From assembly GCA_964016885.1 (NCBI GenBank), contig OZ024764.1, positions 8,308,001 through 8,372,000 of the forward strand: a stretch of 64,000 nucleotides of DNA. The letters are read 5' to 3'. The notes beneath the pieces were generated by a model. That model searched no databases, had not been told where the DNA came from, and saw only the letters and a list, made by a program, of their open reading frames with translations. The position numbers were made by a program, and so were the translations under genes. Numbering within the stretch: position 1 is the stretch's first letter; every line of letters starts with the position of its first letter. This document shows positions 63,801 to 64,000 of this stretch, piece after piece. Source of the stretch: Eledone cirrhosa. Its lineage: Eukaryota.

Positions 63801-64000
63801 CTTCAACATCACACCAGGACACGTCAAAACAGAAACTGACCACACAAAATTCAAGAAGTCTTTGGACAAATTCCTCCAAGTAATCCCGGACAAACCACCC
63901 ACACCCGGATATGTCTCCGCAAACAGTAATTCTCTTCTCGAATGGGCCATGGTGCCCAAATCCTGAATTGAAAGACTTCGCCAGGTGGTGCTATTAAGTT
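60870..64000 (+). mobile_element. CR1/L2-group LINE ORF2 (APE + RT) with one premature stop at 63448-63450
   Basis: LTETHL, YRPP, GDFN, LDL, SDH; [31 protein letters not shown]; YSLQRRRERY. The frame continues to 63966. Confidence 0.93.

Overview
Eukaryotic, repeat-dominated genomic DNA. The SINE/LINE families and (TA)n density suggest a coleoid cephalopod such as octopus, which is an inference. Host genes are a full-length TBCK with an intronless CDS (2763-5468, -) and, just upstream on the same strand, a phase-consistent 5-exon gene of unknown function (19088-6848) that the ORF track does not assemble. The rest is retroelements and their derivatives: an intact full-length Tx1/L1-group LINE (45.4-51.1 kb) nested in a satellite inside a piggyBac-like MITE, plus RTE-like and CR1-group LINE fragments and tRNA-SINEs. 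Many minisatellites can be traced to amplified pieces of these elements. The most notable hidden signal is a dispersed family of type I hammerhead-ribozyme motifs (15.3, 15.5, 15.8, 21.3, 21.6, 54.4, 58.6 kb, with half-motifs at 0.8 and 21.1 kb). They sit in tandem or inverted pairs between (TA)n tracts, resembling Penelope pseudo-LTRs or retrozymes. Also notable are HDV-like ribozyme candidates, a long-range complementarity that brackets the Tx1 ORF2, and frequent fold-back duplications. All RNA folds were derived by eye and are untested.
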